Part shown: positions 35,968 through 46,220 of the stretch, in pieces
Numbering within the stretch: the stretch's first letter is position 1
How the letters are laid out: each line of letters opens with the position of its first letter
Assembly: GCA_043228905.1 (NCBI GenBank)
Contig: JBHGNT010000006.1
Span: 19,282,001-19,346,000, forward strand
Length of the DNA stretch: 64,000 bases
Reading direction: 5' to 3'
DNA from: Azolla caroliniana
Taxonomy: Eukaryota; Plantae; Polypodiophyta
Notes under the pieces: generated by a model
Database searches by the model: none
Told to the model about the DNA's origin: nothing
What the model saw: the letters and a program-made list of their open reading frames with translations, nothing else
Position numbers and translations under genes: made by a program

Positions 35968-37112
35968 TCTTCATCTAATTGACTAAGGATTTCAAATTTG
36001 TTTGAGATACTTAAGCTATTAGTACTATGAATACCATGTCACACTCTATTAGTACTATTAATACTATCTGACACTCCGAAGGGAAGACTTGACTCGGGTT
36101 TAGTATAGGCGACGATTTGATTTACCTGTCTTCTTGGCCTATGGGGACAATTGATGGCGATATGCCCTGGTCCACCGCAATAAAGGCATAATCGATTGGC
36201 ACGTCGTCGTTGCTTTTCTTCTTCCGATAAAGGGCCGCGTCGACACATGGTGTCGATTTCCATCGGTGTCGGAATATTGGCTTGAGGTACATCGCGTGCA
36301 AATGGTTTAGCCGTGACTGAGGCGTATGTGGGTTCCGGCCGAGAGCGTGGTATTTGTAACTGACGCTCCGAACGCCGTTCGGAAAGGCGGTTGTCGCATC
36401 GGACCGCTTGACTGATTGCCTCCGTAAGAGACTTTGGTTCTTCGGGGAAGGTTAAAAGCAGATCTTTGACATCATTGCGCAAGCCGTAGCGAAACTGCTC
36501 CATGAGGGCCTGATCATCCTAGGGAATATCTGAGGCGAGTAGACGGAAATCCGCCGCGTAGGCAGAGGCTGGACGATCGCCTTGACACAATCTTCGGATC
36601 TTGTTGATCGCCGTCCTGATGCTGTCGGTATCTCCAAAGCAGGCTTTAAACTCACCAATAAAATCTTCAAAGTTATTAAGCAAGGGTGATTGTTTTTCTA
36701 GAAGCGGAGCGAACCATGCCAAGGCTGAGCCGCTAAGTAACGTGCCTATTAGGCCGACTCGAGATGCATCAGTGGGATATCGGGAAGGATGCATCTGGAT
36801 GACTAAGCGTACCTGATTAAGGAATCCCCGGAATTGCGATCGTGTTCCATCAAATTTCACAGGAAGTCCAATCTTGGGCTCTTTATGAAATCCTTGGGGA
36901 CTTGTTCCTTGTTGTTGCAACGCTGCTTCGAGTTGTTGTACCCGTAATGCTAACTCCCCATGTTGTTGTTGCGTTTGTTGTTTTTCGAGAGCGATTTGTT
37001 GTAGATCCCTTATCAACCGTTGGTTTTCTTGTTCCAGGGCAACAAACTTTTCTTTTAGGCACTGTAACTCGGAGAAAACGGATTGATATTCTTGGGCGCT
37101 AACAGTAGCCAT
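35955..37112 (-). pseudogene. gag: gag of F (PEG10/sushi-like)
   Basis: PVKFDGTRSQFRGFL, LSGSALAW, PTPMEID and CLYCGGPGHIAINC motifs; two in-frame stops. Confidence 0.9.
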
Positions 37113-37170
37113 AGTATAGGGAAAAGGGTAGGAGGATGAGGGAGAACGACAAATAGGCTGGAGGAAAGGA

Positions 37171-37185
37171 GAAATTGGTTCAAAC
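37171..37185 (-). promoter_or_regulatory. Putative self-priming PBS of F
   Basis: GTTTGAACCAATTTC directly after the LTR, with no TGG tRNA match. It is complementary to AAATTGGTTCAA in the LTR (37401-37412). Confidence 0.7.
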
Positions 37186-37629
37186 TGTCAGCAATAGTAC
37201 TAAAGCAGAAATGGAATTAGTACTAAGAAGAGCAGTACTATTAGTACTAAGAGGACGGGACTGCGTAAGATTCCCGAGAGAGGAAGTGAGAAGAGGAGAG
37301 AGAGAGATAGCGAGGATGAAAGAGAGAGAAAAATGATGACAACAGCTAATATATTATATGAAAAGATAAGTACAAGCGGCTAAGAGGCTTAAGACTGGCG
37401 TTGAACCAATTTGGTTCAACATAATGCCTAGTGCCTTCTTTTATAGTGTTGTCAGGAGTAATCCTGAAACTTCTAGAATGTTCCAGAGAAATCCGGAATA
37501 TACATTACTTTCTTATAATAAAACATAAATGAAAATAATATCCTATGAATTACGATAGATGGTGTGATGGTTAAGAGCTCGACCCATATACCATAAGGTC
37601 ATGGGTTCGAGTCTTGCCATATCCTGACA
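37186..37629 (-). repeat. 5' LTR of F
   Basis: TGTCAG…CTGACA termini; minus-strand TATAAAAG at ~37438-37445. Confidence 0.8.
37553..37624 (+). promoter_or_regulatory. tRNA-like Pol III A/B-box module in the F 5' LTR
   Basis: Core identical to 19778-19842. Confidence 0.75.
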
Positions 37630-39453
37630 CTGGTTCCTCAAAAGGTATGGGTTCGACGACTCGCCTCGACTGACGAAGCGGGACTTCATGGCATGGGTCG
37701 AAAGCCCTAGGAAGGGGAGGAGCACATTGGCGCTACTCCAGGAATTCGAAACGTGGTTTGCGCGGTTGTCGGCGTTGGACCGGACCGTGCTCGATATGAG
37801 CCGGGTACTGCTGATCATCAAAGCGGTTGACGCATTGGACAGAGAGAAGGTAGGTCTCTTGTTGGAGATCGATGAAGGGCTCACGACTGACTGGCCCGTG
37901 GTTAAAGGAGTCTGCAACCGTTTCGATAAACGGTGGGAACCGTTTCGATAAACGGTGGGAATGGAGTGATGAAGGGCCGTCAGCAGTGAGGCTCGTCCCG
38001 GCAAGGCAGTTCGAGGAGCCTTCGCCGGCACGAAAAGAAGAAACCTGAAATTGGCTTGAGACGGGGTTGGCGTCAAGCGGCGCGGTCAAAGGTCCCTCCG
38101 GAGGGGCGGTGCTGGACGAGTTGACGCAAATGGTATGCGAACTCCAGATCGCGCAAGCACGGCGGGACAGTGGCGACCAACCTCGCGACCGAAGACCACC
38201 GGCAGGACAACGATGCATATGGTGCGACGCAGTCGGCCATGCCCGGAGAGACTGCGTGGATTTCGCAGATGCACTCAGAACTAACACGGTGTACCTCTGT
38301 AATGGGCAGGTGCATGCCAGCGAGACTCAGAGAGCCCTAGAATGAAGAGGCTGATGGAAGAGGCCGTTGCGCGTCACACTAATGCCGTGAATTATGCGGC
38401 GTCGGCAGGAATCCGGATCGGGGACAACAAAGAATAGAAGGCAAGCCACGCCGGGTTTTGACCACTGGTGCTAGAAGGCCTCTCCGGAGTCTGGTTAAAG
38501 AAGGAAGAAGCGGACTGCGCGGAGCAGCGGATCCAAGAGGTCACCGGGTAGGCCGACCCGATCGAAGAAAAATCTGGCTTCGTAGAAGTTGCATGCAAGA
38601 ACTACGAGGTTTTGGTAGAAGACAAGTGTGCAGGAAAGGCTGGAGGGGTCGGTCCCCCGCAACGGTACGACACTCGGTTCGACCCAAAAAAGAGTGACGC
38701 CGGCAATTCCGGCATACCGGACAAGGCCAAGCCTGCCGGGTACTGGCTGAGGACTGAGATAGAAAGAACAACGGACTTGCGGAAGGTCCTTGAAGAGCGG
38801 ATCCTCGACAACAAGGTGGAGCTGTTGCTGAGGGATGTGCTTGGAATCGCCAAGAAGGAGTTCCATGACTCCATTGTGGACTTGGTGAATCGCAAACGAC
38901 TCTCCACAGAACCGGAGCCGGAGAAGCCCGTGGAGGTGCGGACTACGCACTTAGAGGATGCGGCCCTGGAGGACGAGTTGGCAGAAAGCCATTATTCTAA
39001 GTTACACTGGGCCAAAGCCACTACCGAGACTCCTGTCCGGATCGGGGATGTGCAAGAACCGGTAGTGGCGTTGATAGACCATGGATCCGAGATCAATCTG
39101 ATGTCCATGGACTTTTACAAAAAGGGGAAATGACCGATCAACACCAAACATGACTAGAAGATACGCGCGACGACCCGCGCTACGGAGTAGCTGCACGGGG
39201 TGTGCCCGAACGTACGTGTGAAGATCGGCGACGTCAAGATAGACCAACACTTTTTTGTGCAAGAGATGTCCTCACACCTAGTGATACTCGGTGAACCGTA
39301 CATCACGACAACATGCATGGAGACAAAGGTGCTCGACAACGGCTTGGGATACGCGCGCGTGAAGAGTCAAGACGAATGACACTCAGTCCAATTTCTGACC
39401 GTAAGGCCGAGTCATGAGCGTAACCACGAGACTCTCGGCGGCGACAACCGAGG

Positions 39454-39520
39454 GGATTCTTAAAGAGGGCTATCAAGGCGTGGGGCCGCGATAGTCCGGA
39501 CATGCCGGAGAAACCCCACA
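39454..39520 (+). promoter_or_regulatory. Degenerate -1 frameshift signal of J
   Basis: G GAT TCT TAA, stem GGGCTATC/GATAGTCC, loop GTGGGG pairing with CCCCAC; pol is in the -1 frame. Confidence 0.6.
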
Positions 39521-40310
39521 CCTATACCATTATAGGTAGGAAATTTTGGCTCTCCGACAACGAAGGTTGTACATTAACCGGCATCGGCGGTAGGGAGAAG
39601 AAGAAGGTGGAGGAACGGCTCAAGCCATGCGGGGCTCTCCACCCCGATGAGGAAATTAGCGGCGCCGTGGAGGCGGTCTCGTTTGACGACACCTTGGGAG
39701 AGCTATGCGGTGTAGTCAATGAGGGCCTTAGCGAAGACCGGACAATTCCGGTTAGATCGGTGGAGATGTACGAAGTCATCGTGGACTTCGGGGAAAAGAT
39801 CAGGCCATGCCGGACAACCTGCATAAATACGAAGTACAAGACTGTGTACTGGAAGGTGAGGCCAGTAGCGGCACCCTTGCCGGAGGGCAGTGAAGAATGG
39901 ATAAGAGGGGTTGCGTCGGACCCTAGCTTGCGGAATCCGGCCGACATAGGACACCGGTTCACCGACATAACGCTACGAGAGCTCAAGGTTGGTGGGGGTG
40001 GGTTTCTACTCCCGGCGGAGGAGGACCGGTTTCAGAGGATGCTCGGAAAGCATGAGAAGGCCTTCGCATTCTCGCCATAGGAGATCGGGTGCGTAGACCC
40101 GACGATCGTAGAACCAATGGTGATCTTCACAGTACCACATGTACCGTGGAATCTCAAACCGATTCCGGTGCCTAGAGCTCACATTTCGGAGCTAATGGAG
40201 CTGCTGAAACAGAAGGTGGAGATGGGCATCCTCGAACCATCGGGTGCCCCATATTCGAATCGGTGGTTTACCATACCAAAGAAGAACGACACATTGCGCT
40301 TCATACAGGA

Positions 40311-41474
40311 CCTCGTCGACTTTTTCATTATTTGTTATTGAAGAAAGGGCGCCGGTTTGAATGGAGGACGGAGCACACGGAGTCGGTCTGGAGACTGAAG
40401 GAGGCGCTTGCCGCGGCACCAGCTCTCCGGAAAGCGGTTTACGGGAAGGAAGTCCCCATTTACGTGACAGTGGACACGAGCCCGACTGCGATTGGGTGGG
40501 TGATCAATCAGGAAGAGAAGGACGACGTACGGTTCCCGATCCAGTTTGGGGCAAAGGTATTGGGCGGGTGGCAGCGAGGATATGCCCAAATTAAGCGCGA
40601 GTTATGGGGTATCGTTTCGGCAGTCAAGGCCGACAAGGACTATCTGATTGGGAACGGAAGTGATCATTGAGACGGATTGCCTACCGATTCTGGGTATGGT
40701 TTCCGGATGCGCGACTCCGGACCTGGCGATGCTCAGGTGGATCGCGTACATCAAGTCCTTGAACCTGGAGATACAACACATCTCCGGAAAGGATAATGCC
40801 ATGGCCGATATGTTTTCAAGGGCGCGGCTCCCCATCCTAGTTGCCACGTTAGCTGACCCAAAGAAGTCCTCGTCGACTTCTTCATTATGGATTATTGAAG
40901 AAAGGGCGCCGGTTTGAATGGAGGACGGAGCACACGGAGTCGGTCTGGAGACTGAAGGAGGCGCTTGCCGTGGCACCAGCTCTCCGAAAAGCGGTTTACG
41001 GGAAGGAAGTCCCCATTTACGTGATAGTGGACACAAGCCCGACTGGGATTGGGTGGGTGATCAATCAGGAAGAGAAGGACGACGTACGGTTCCCGATCCA
41101 GTTCGGGGCAAAGGTATTGGGCGGGTGGCAGCGAGGATATGCCCAAATTAAACGCGAGTTATGGGGTATCGTTTCGGCAGTCAAGGCCGACAAGGACTAT
41201 CTGATTGGGGACGGAAGTGATCATTGAGACGGATTGCCTACCGATTCTGGGTATGGTTTCTGGATGCGCGACTCCGGACCTAGCGATGCTCAGGTGGATC
41301 ACGTACATCAAGTCCTTGAACCTGGAGATACAGCACATCTCTGGAAAGGATAATGCCATGGCCGATATGCTTTCAAGGGCGCGGTTCAGCAACGAGGATG
41401 ACATGGTTTCGGATAATGAAGAAGTCGACGAGGACTTCTTTGGGTCAGCTAATGTGGCAACTAGGATGGGGAGC
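40311..41474. repeat. 557-bp-period tandem duplication of the RNase H region with inverted filler segments
   Basis: 40311-40826 is repeated at 40868-41383. 40827-40888 is the reverse complement of 41413-41474. Confidence 0.85.
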
Positions 41475-42901
41475 ACTCCGGCGCTTGACGAGTTCGACAA
41501 GAGAAAATAAGACGGGGAGTGGCTCCAATTAGGAAGGTTCCTGCGGACAATGACGCCGGACACGGCGTGGACTAGAGAAGAGGCCAATCGGGTGCGGAAG
41601 AAGGCGTACTGATTCTTCCTACGACAAGGACGCATATGGAGGCATCCAAAGAAGCGTAGCGGCACCCCACTCCGCGTAATGGTGAGGGGAGACAAGCAGA
41701 AAGTGTTGCTTATTGCGTATCACGACAGTCCTTGGGCAGGACACCGCGGGACGTGGGCCACGTTCGAGAAGCTCAAGGATAAGTATTGGTGGCTGGGGCT
41801 GTACCGGGACGTGCATCATTTTGTGACGATTGTGAGAGTTGCTAGATGCACTCTACAGTTCAACATTGAGACGAGCTTCATCCAACCTACCCACCAACCG
41901 TCCACTTCAAATGGATGGTGGATTTAGTGACTATGCCAATGGGGGTAGGACAGATGCGGTATCTGGTGCTGGCCCGAGAGGACTGCAGAACAAGACGACT
42001 GCGGCCGTGTGCCGGTTTCTAATAGAAGATGTGATATGCCGGTATGGGTGCGTTGGGAAGATCGTAGCGGATCGGGGAGAGTTAGACGCATAGGAAGCTG
42101 AGGAGTTGTTTGACCGACTGGGGGTCAAACTCTCCCTCACTACGGCGTACAATCCGAAGGCAAACGGGAAAGTGGAACGTGGCCATGGGGCCATTGTGAA
42201 GGCATTAGTACGTGCATGCGAAGTACAGGTTGGGAATTGGCCGCGGCTCCTTCCTTACGCGTTATGGGCGGATCGGACTACGCACAGTTCGGTGATGGGG
42301 TTCATGCCAACACAGCTGATGTACGGGCAAAAACCGATCATGTCGGCGGAGAAAACAATCACTTTGTGGGTCGCGATGGACTGGGGGGACGAGATGAGCC
42401 AGGAGGAGCTACTAGCGGCGCGAATATGACAACTCGAGCGAAGACCAGAAGACGTGGAGCAAGCGAAGAAGAAGTTGCGTACAACGCGAGAAAGGAACAA
42501 AGGTCGGTTCAACTGTACGCACCGACTGAGGCCGGGGAAGATCGAGGACGGTGATTGGGTGCTGGTGTACGACAGCAGCCTCGACAATCAGGACAAGGCG
42601 GTGCGTAAGTTTGCGAGGAGATGGTTCGGGCCCTATACGGTAATGAGCGTGAACGACAACGACAAATATCATCTCGTGGAGCTCGACAGGACACAGATGG
42701 CGGTGCTGGTAGCAGGAAAAAGGGTTAAGGTATTCAAGAAGTGGCAAGAGGAAGAGCCAGACCCGGAATGCGTAACTGACGACGACAACCGGCTCGAAAC
42801 AAATGATGATTCGGGCAGCGACGGGTGATGGCGGGCCGGTTTTCTCCAGCAAGTGTTGTATCTAGCACGTATCGGTGGATGCACGGTTTAGTGGGGGTGG
42901 A

Positions 42902-43565
42902 TGTCGTGGAGAAAACTGCCCCCTAGGAGGAATCAAGAGGAACCGTGTACGAACCGGCCCTTACATGAGTGGGTGTGTGAATAGATAACTTGTATATAAT
43001 TATGAATAGGTCGGCTGATGTAAATATACTAGGTATGACATATTTATTAGGAAATCTATGCGTTTCTTTGTCCGAAGGGACAGAGAATAAAGTGACATGA
43101 CTGAGGGAGAACACTCTCTCCTCGACGACCTATATAAGGGAAGGGAGAAGAGGACACAACGGTGGTTCTGCGAGAACGAAGTGTTGATGGACTGGGTACC
43201 GAGCGCTCATTATTCCTCCTCCCATCATCCTTTGCGGCTTTTCGGAGTTCGTTGCTTGTGCTTCGTGGGTAGCCTGTGTGCTTCCGGTAGAGGCCCTCCC
43301 CCTTTGCGCCCCCCCCCCCTTTTTTTTTCTTTTTGCGTTTTAGTGTTGGCGAGAGTCGCTTGTGTGTGTGCGTGGAACCCCGAGCTGGGTCTGTCACCGG
43401 CTTGCCGGTTGTAATCGTTATTGGCATTATAATCGAATCTTCTGCTTGTCTCTCTCCCTTTCTCTATGTTTCAGCAAACGCTCTTTCTTCTCTCTCTCAC
43501 GTTCCTTGGTTCAGGGCCCCCGCAGTCCTGTCTCTTTTCACACGCGAAAACGAAGCAACACGACA
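42902..43565 (+). repeat. 3' LTR of J
   Basis: TGTCGTG…CACGACA after the PPT; TATATAAGGG at ~43131. Confidence 0.85.
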
Positions 43566-43596
43566 CCGGAGGATGTGCGGGTTTGGAGGGGGTGAG

Positions 43597-44318
43597 TGTC
43601 ATAGTGTAGTCCGCACACTACGTGAAAATTTTAAAATTAATATATCTGATTTAAGTACATATATATAAATAAAAGAAAATATTAAAATATTATTACATGG
43701 ATATGGCAATATTCAAACCTTGTACCTCCATGTAAATAAACCAGAACTTTACCATTGTATTAACTTATCATAAGTGTTATAAATATAGATTTAATAGGTA
43801 TAAGACTTTTATTTATGCCTACCTTTATTAAAAGGTAAATCATGCATTTTTAGAGTGCATGAATACTTTATTTACAAGAAAAATAGAAACCAATAAAGAA
43901 ATACTCATGCACATCTAGCGTGCATGTGCACTATATTTAGGAAATAAAAACATAGTGGAAAAAGCAACTCATGCACATTTAGTGTTCATGAACACTTTAG
44001 AAAAAGCAAGAAGTTATGCTTAGTCTCTCCCATCCTTATATAAGGAGGAGAGAAAGATGTATATGGTTGTTGATTATTTTGTAAGGATTGACCAATATAA
44101 CATATTCGTGGGATTCACGAATTTGTCATCCAAATTGTCTCTTACTATCTAAATATTGATTAAATACACTAAACTCGTGGGATTCATGAGATTCATAACT
44201 TACCTCTCTTTCTACCTATTCATTACTAGCCTTATCTCATATTCTTTTTTCTCCTAGTCCAAAACCTTAGTGGTTCTCACCCGACTCACGCAATGATCCA
44301 GAGCTGAAAGGCACGACA
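43597..44318 (+). repeat. 3' LTR of C
   Basis: TGTCATAGTG…GCACGACA after the PPT GGAGGGGGTGAG. Confidence 0.9.
43699..43769 (-). promoter_or_regulatory. Degenerate tRNA-like module in the C 3' LTR
   Basis: Minus strand TAATACAATGGTAAAG…GGAGGTACAAGGTTTGAATATTGCCATATCC, then TTTT. Confidence 0.55.
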
Positions 44319-44483
44319 ACGCGCTTCAGACACGTCCTTCTGATTCATCTCCCTTCAATATGCATCAAGGAACTTCGTAATGTTCCTTCCATCAAATTGA
44401 TCCTCGAGCTCCACGACATGGTCGACAACCTTCTCCACGCTCTCATCGTTGTCCTAAGATCTCATCATTTGTTCAATGATTCG
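44319..44483 (-). pseudogene. gag: Element K gag remnant, right part
   Basis: Translates RIIEQMMRS…VEKVVDHVVELEDQFDGRNITKFLDAY, homologous to the D gag N-terminus. Confidence 0.85.
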
Positions 44484-44818
44484 TGTTGAGCGATCAAGCT
44501 CAGCCGGATCTGAATCGACTGAATAAGCCAGAGCTGGATCGGTATCCGGATCGGAGAACTGGATCGGTGTCCGGATAATATCCTGAGCCAGGAGCCCGAT
44601 CGAAGACCTAGATCGGATTGAAACCAGTAGGCCGTTAGAGGCCTACGGATCCAGCCTAGCATGTAGGCATATTTTTGGGAGTCAGTGATAGTCGCTCATG
44701 TGAGCATTGAAGTACCTGCCAGTATTTTTGTCAGTCCTTTATGGACTTGTATAAAAGTGCTCTATGAGCACATTCTAGGTACATATTTTCAAAGTGTTAT
44801 TTTGAATTGAGTTTATGT

Positions 44819-44851
<33 letters not shown>

Positions 44852-44854
<3 letters not shown>

Positions 44855-45077
44855 ACCATGCTTTCCACATCTCTTTGACCGAGCCCAATCTTTGCATGAA
44901 TTCCTCTCATAACCACAATGTGCACTCTCGATTGCAACATTCATTGGTAAAGTTCTTGAACATCGAGAGTCACTACTCACTTTCACACGTATCATGTGAA
45001 ATGTAATATTTTTGGTCTCATAGGTCATATTTGACCTTTGAAAACGATAATATAATCTCTCTCTCTCTCTCTCTCTC
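44852..45077 (+). mobile_element. 5'-truncated LINE copy (~200-bp 3' end plus (CT)n tail)
   Basis: Matches 49411-49615 and is flanked by (CT)n. Confidence 0.85.
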
Positions 45078-45344
45078 TTTCAAAGCTCTTTGTAAGTTCA
45101 CTGCAGCCATCATTTTGTACGTTCTATAGCTCGTTGGAAAGCTCTTTCAGAGAGCTTTCTAAAGAATTTTCATTTACTGAATTCCATTACTGTGGCAAGA
45201 AGTTATGAGCATTTTCATCCGCAGCCATCTTTGCCCCACGGTTCCTCAAACGCAAGGTAGATTTTGAAGCCCTAAATCGAGTGAAAGGTACATTCTCTGT
45301 CCTTGCCTCTCAGTCTCTCTCTTCCCGTAGGGCTTTTCCCTACA

Positions 45345-46214
45345 ATGGCAAATACTCGTAAAGCCGCCGCAAAGTTCGGGGGTATGATTGATAATGAGCC
45401 GAGATCACCAACAAATCTCGATTCCAATGCAATGGGCAAAATGCTTATGAGTCACTTGATTTCTCTTCAAGAAACCATAAACAAACAAGGTGAAGAGATT
45501 AGGACGTTAATGAAAGAGAATGCTAAGCTCCAAAGTGTTGTCATTGAGAATGAAAGTCGTAAACAAGTGGTTGCAAAAATTCAAGAAGAGATTCAAGAAT
45601 GTAAAAGAGCGTCTTTCGAAACAAATGAGCACCTTAACAAGATTGAGTTAAAGGCAACATTAAAAGAAGAAAAATTGGACACGATGAGGCGGGATGTAAG
45701 TGAGATGAAAAATGTATGTACAACAAAGTCATGGGCCAATGTATGTGGTGGGGATGTGCTATCAAACTCATCTAATATGCATGTGATGCATCAAGAGAAG
45801 AATATAGAAAGCATAGATGTCCGAGAATTGAAAGAACGTGAACGACGATCAAAGAATGTTGTCGTTTGTGGGATTAAAGAAGAGAGTATGGAAACACCCG
45901 CATCCCTTGGAAAGGCCATTGCTGAATTTTTTAGCATGCATTATGGGATGTCAGATGTGAATGTATACGGGGCACACCGAGTTGGGAAACATGGTGTTAC
46001 TCACTCTGAAGAAAGGCCTATTGTATGCACAATGACAGATGATACAAAGCGGCGGATCATACTCGAAAATAGTTGGGTATACCTCAAAGGTACGCAATGC
46101 TTTGTGAGTGACGATCATACTATCTCACAACAAAATGCTCGCCATAAAGCATATGAAGAAAGATTGAAAAATAAGGTTAAGGATGTGCCTAAAGATGGAA
46201 ATGTAGGCAAATAG
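45345..46214 (+). CDS. LINE ORF1 protein (coiled-coil plus RRM-like)
   Basis: Open ORF MANTRKAA…, with KSWANV and ERERRSKNVVVCGIKE…AHRVGK…RPIV motifs typical of LINE ORF1. Confidence 0.75.
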   Translation: MANTRKAAAKFGGMIDNEPRSPTNLDSNAMGKMLMSHLISLQETINKQGEEIRTLMKENAKLQSVVIENESRKQVVAKIQEEIQECKRASFETNEHLNKIELKATLKEEKLDTMRRDVSEMKNVCTTKSWANVCGGDVLSNSSNMHVMHQEKNIESIDVRELKERERRSKNVVVCGIKEESMETPASLGKAIAEFFSMHYGMSDVNVYGAHRVGKHGVTHSEERPIVCTMTDDTKRRIILENSWVYLKGTQCFVSDDHTISQQNARHKAYEERLKNKVKDVPKDGNVGK

Positions 46215-46220
46215 GGACAC

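Larger units (their letters stand above)
19714..37629 (-). mobile_element. Element F: chromovirus (Tcn1/Tf1-sushi-like) with chromodomain, interrupted by G
   Basis: 5' LTR 37186-37629, gag with CLYCGGPGHIAINC, protease LLDSGA, RT YLDDLL, integrase, chromodomain EYEVAAILD…YLVDWVGY…TWEP, PPT 19848-19860 and a truncated 3' LTR. Confidence 0.9.
37630..43565 (+). mobile_element. Element J: Ty3/gypsy related to C/D; 5' end lost, RT core deleted and rearranged
   Basis: gag (CIWCDAVGHARRDC), protease ALIDHGSEIN, RNase H, integrase, PPT ~42890-42901, and LTR 42902-43565 followed by CCGG. Confidence 0.88.
5964..44318 (+). mobile_element. Element C: non-chromovirus Ty3/gypsy (FLDDIPxKG RT type) with nested D, J, F, G and E
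   Basis: Homologous LTRs at 5964-6357 and 43597-44318. The 4-bp TSD is ATGC (5960-5963) / ACGC (44319-44322). PPT at 43585-43596. Removing the element restores the K gag reading frame. Confidence 0.85.

Noticed and set aside
37450-37629. Alternative 180-bp LTR for F (TGTCAGGA…TCCTGACA)
   Set aside because: It would exclude the TATA box and the PBS complement; 37186 fits better, but the truncated partner LTR prevents confirmation.
42945-43005. B-box-like GGTTCGTAC (minus strand) in the J LTR
   Set aside because: No convincing A box at tRNA spacing, so it is not counted as a fifth module.
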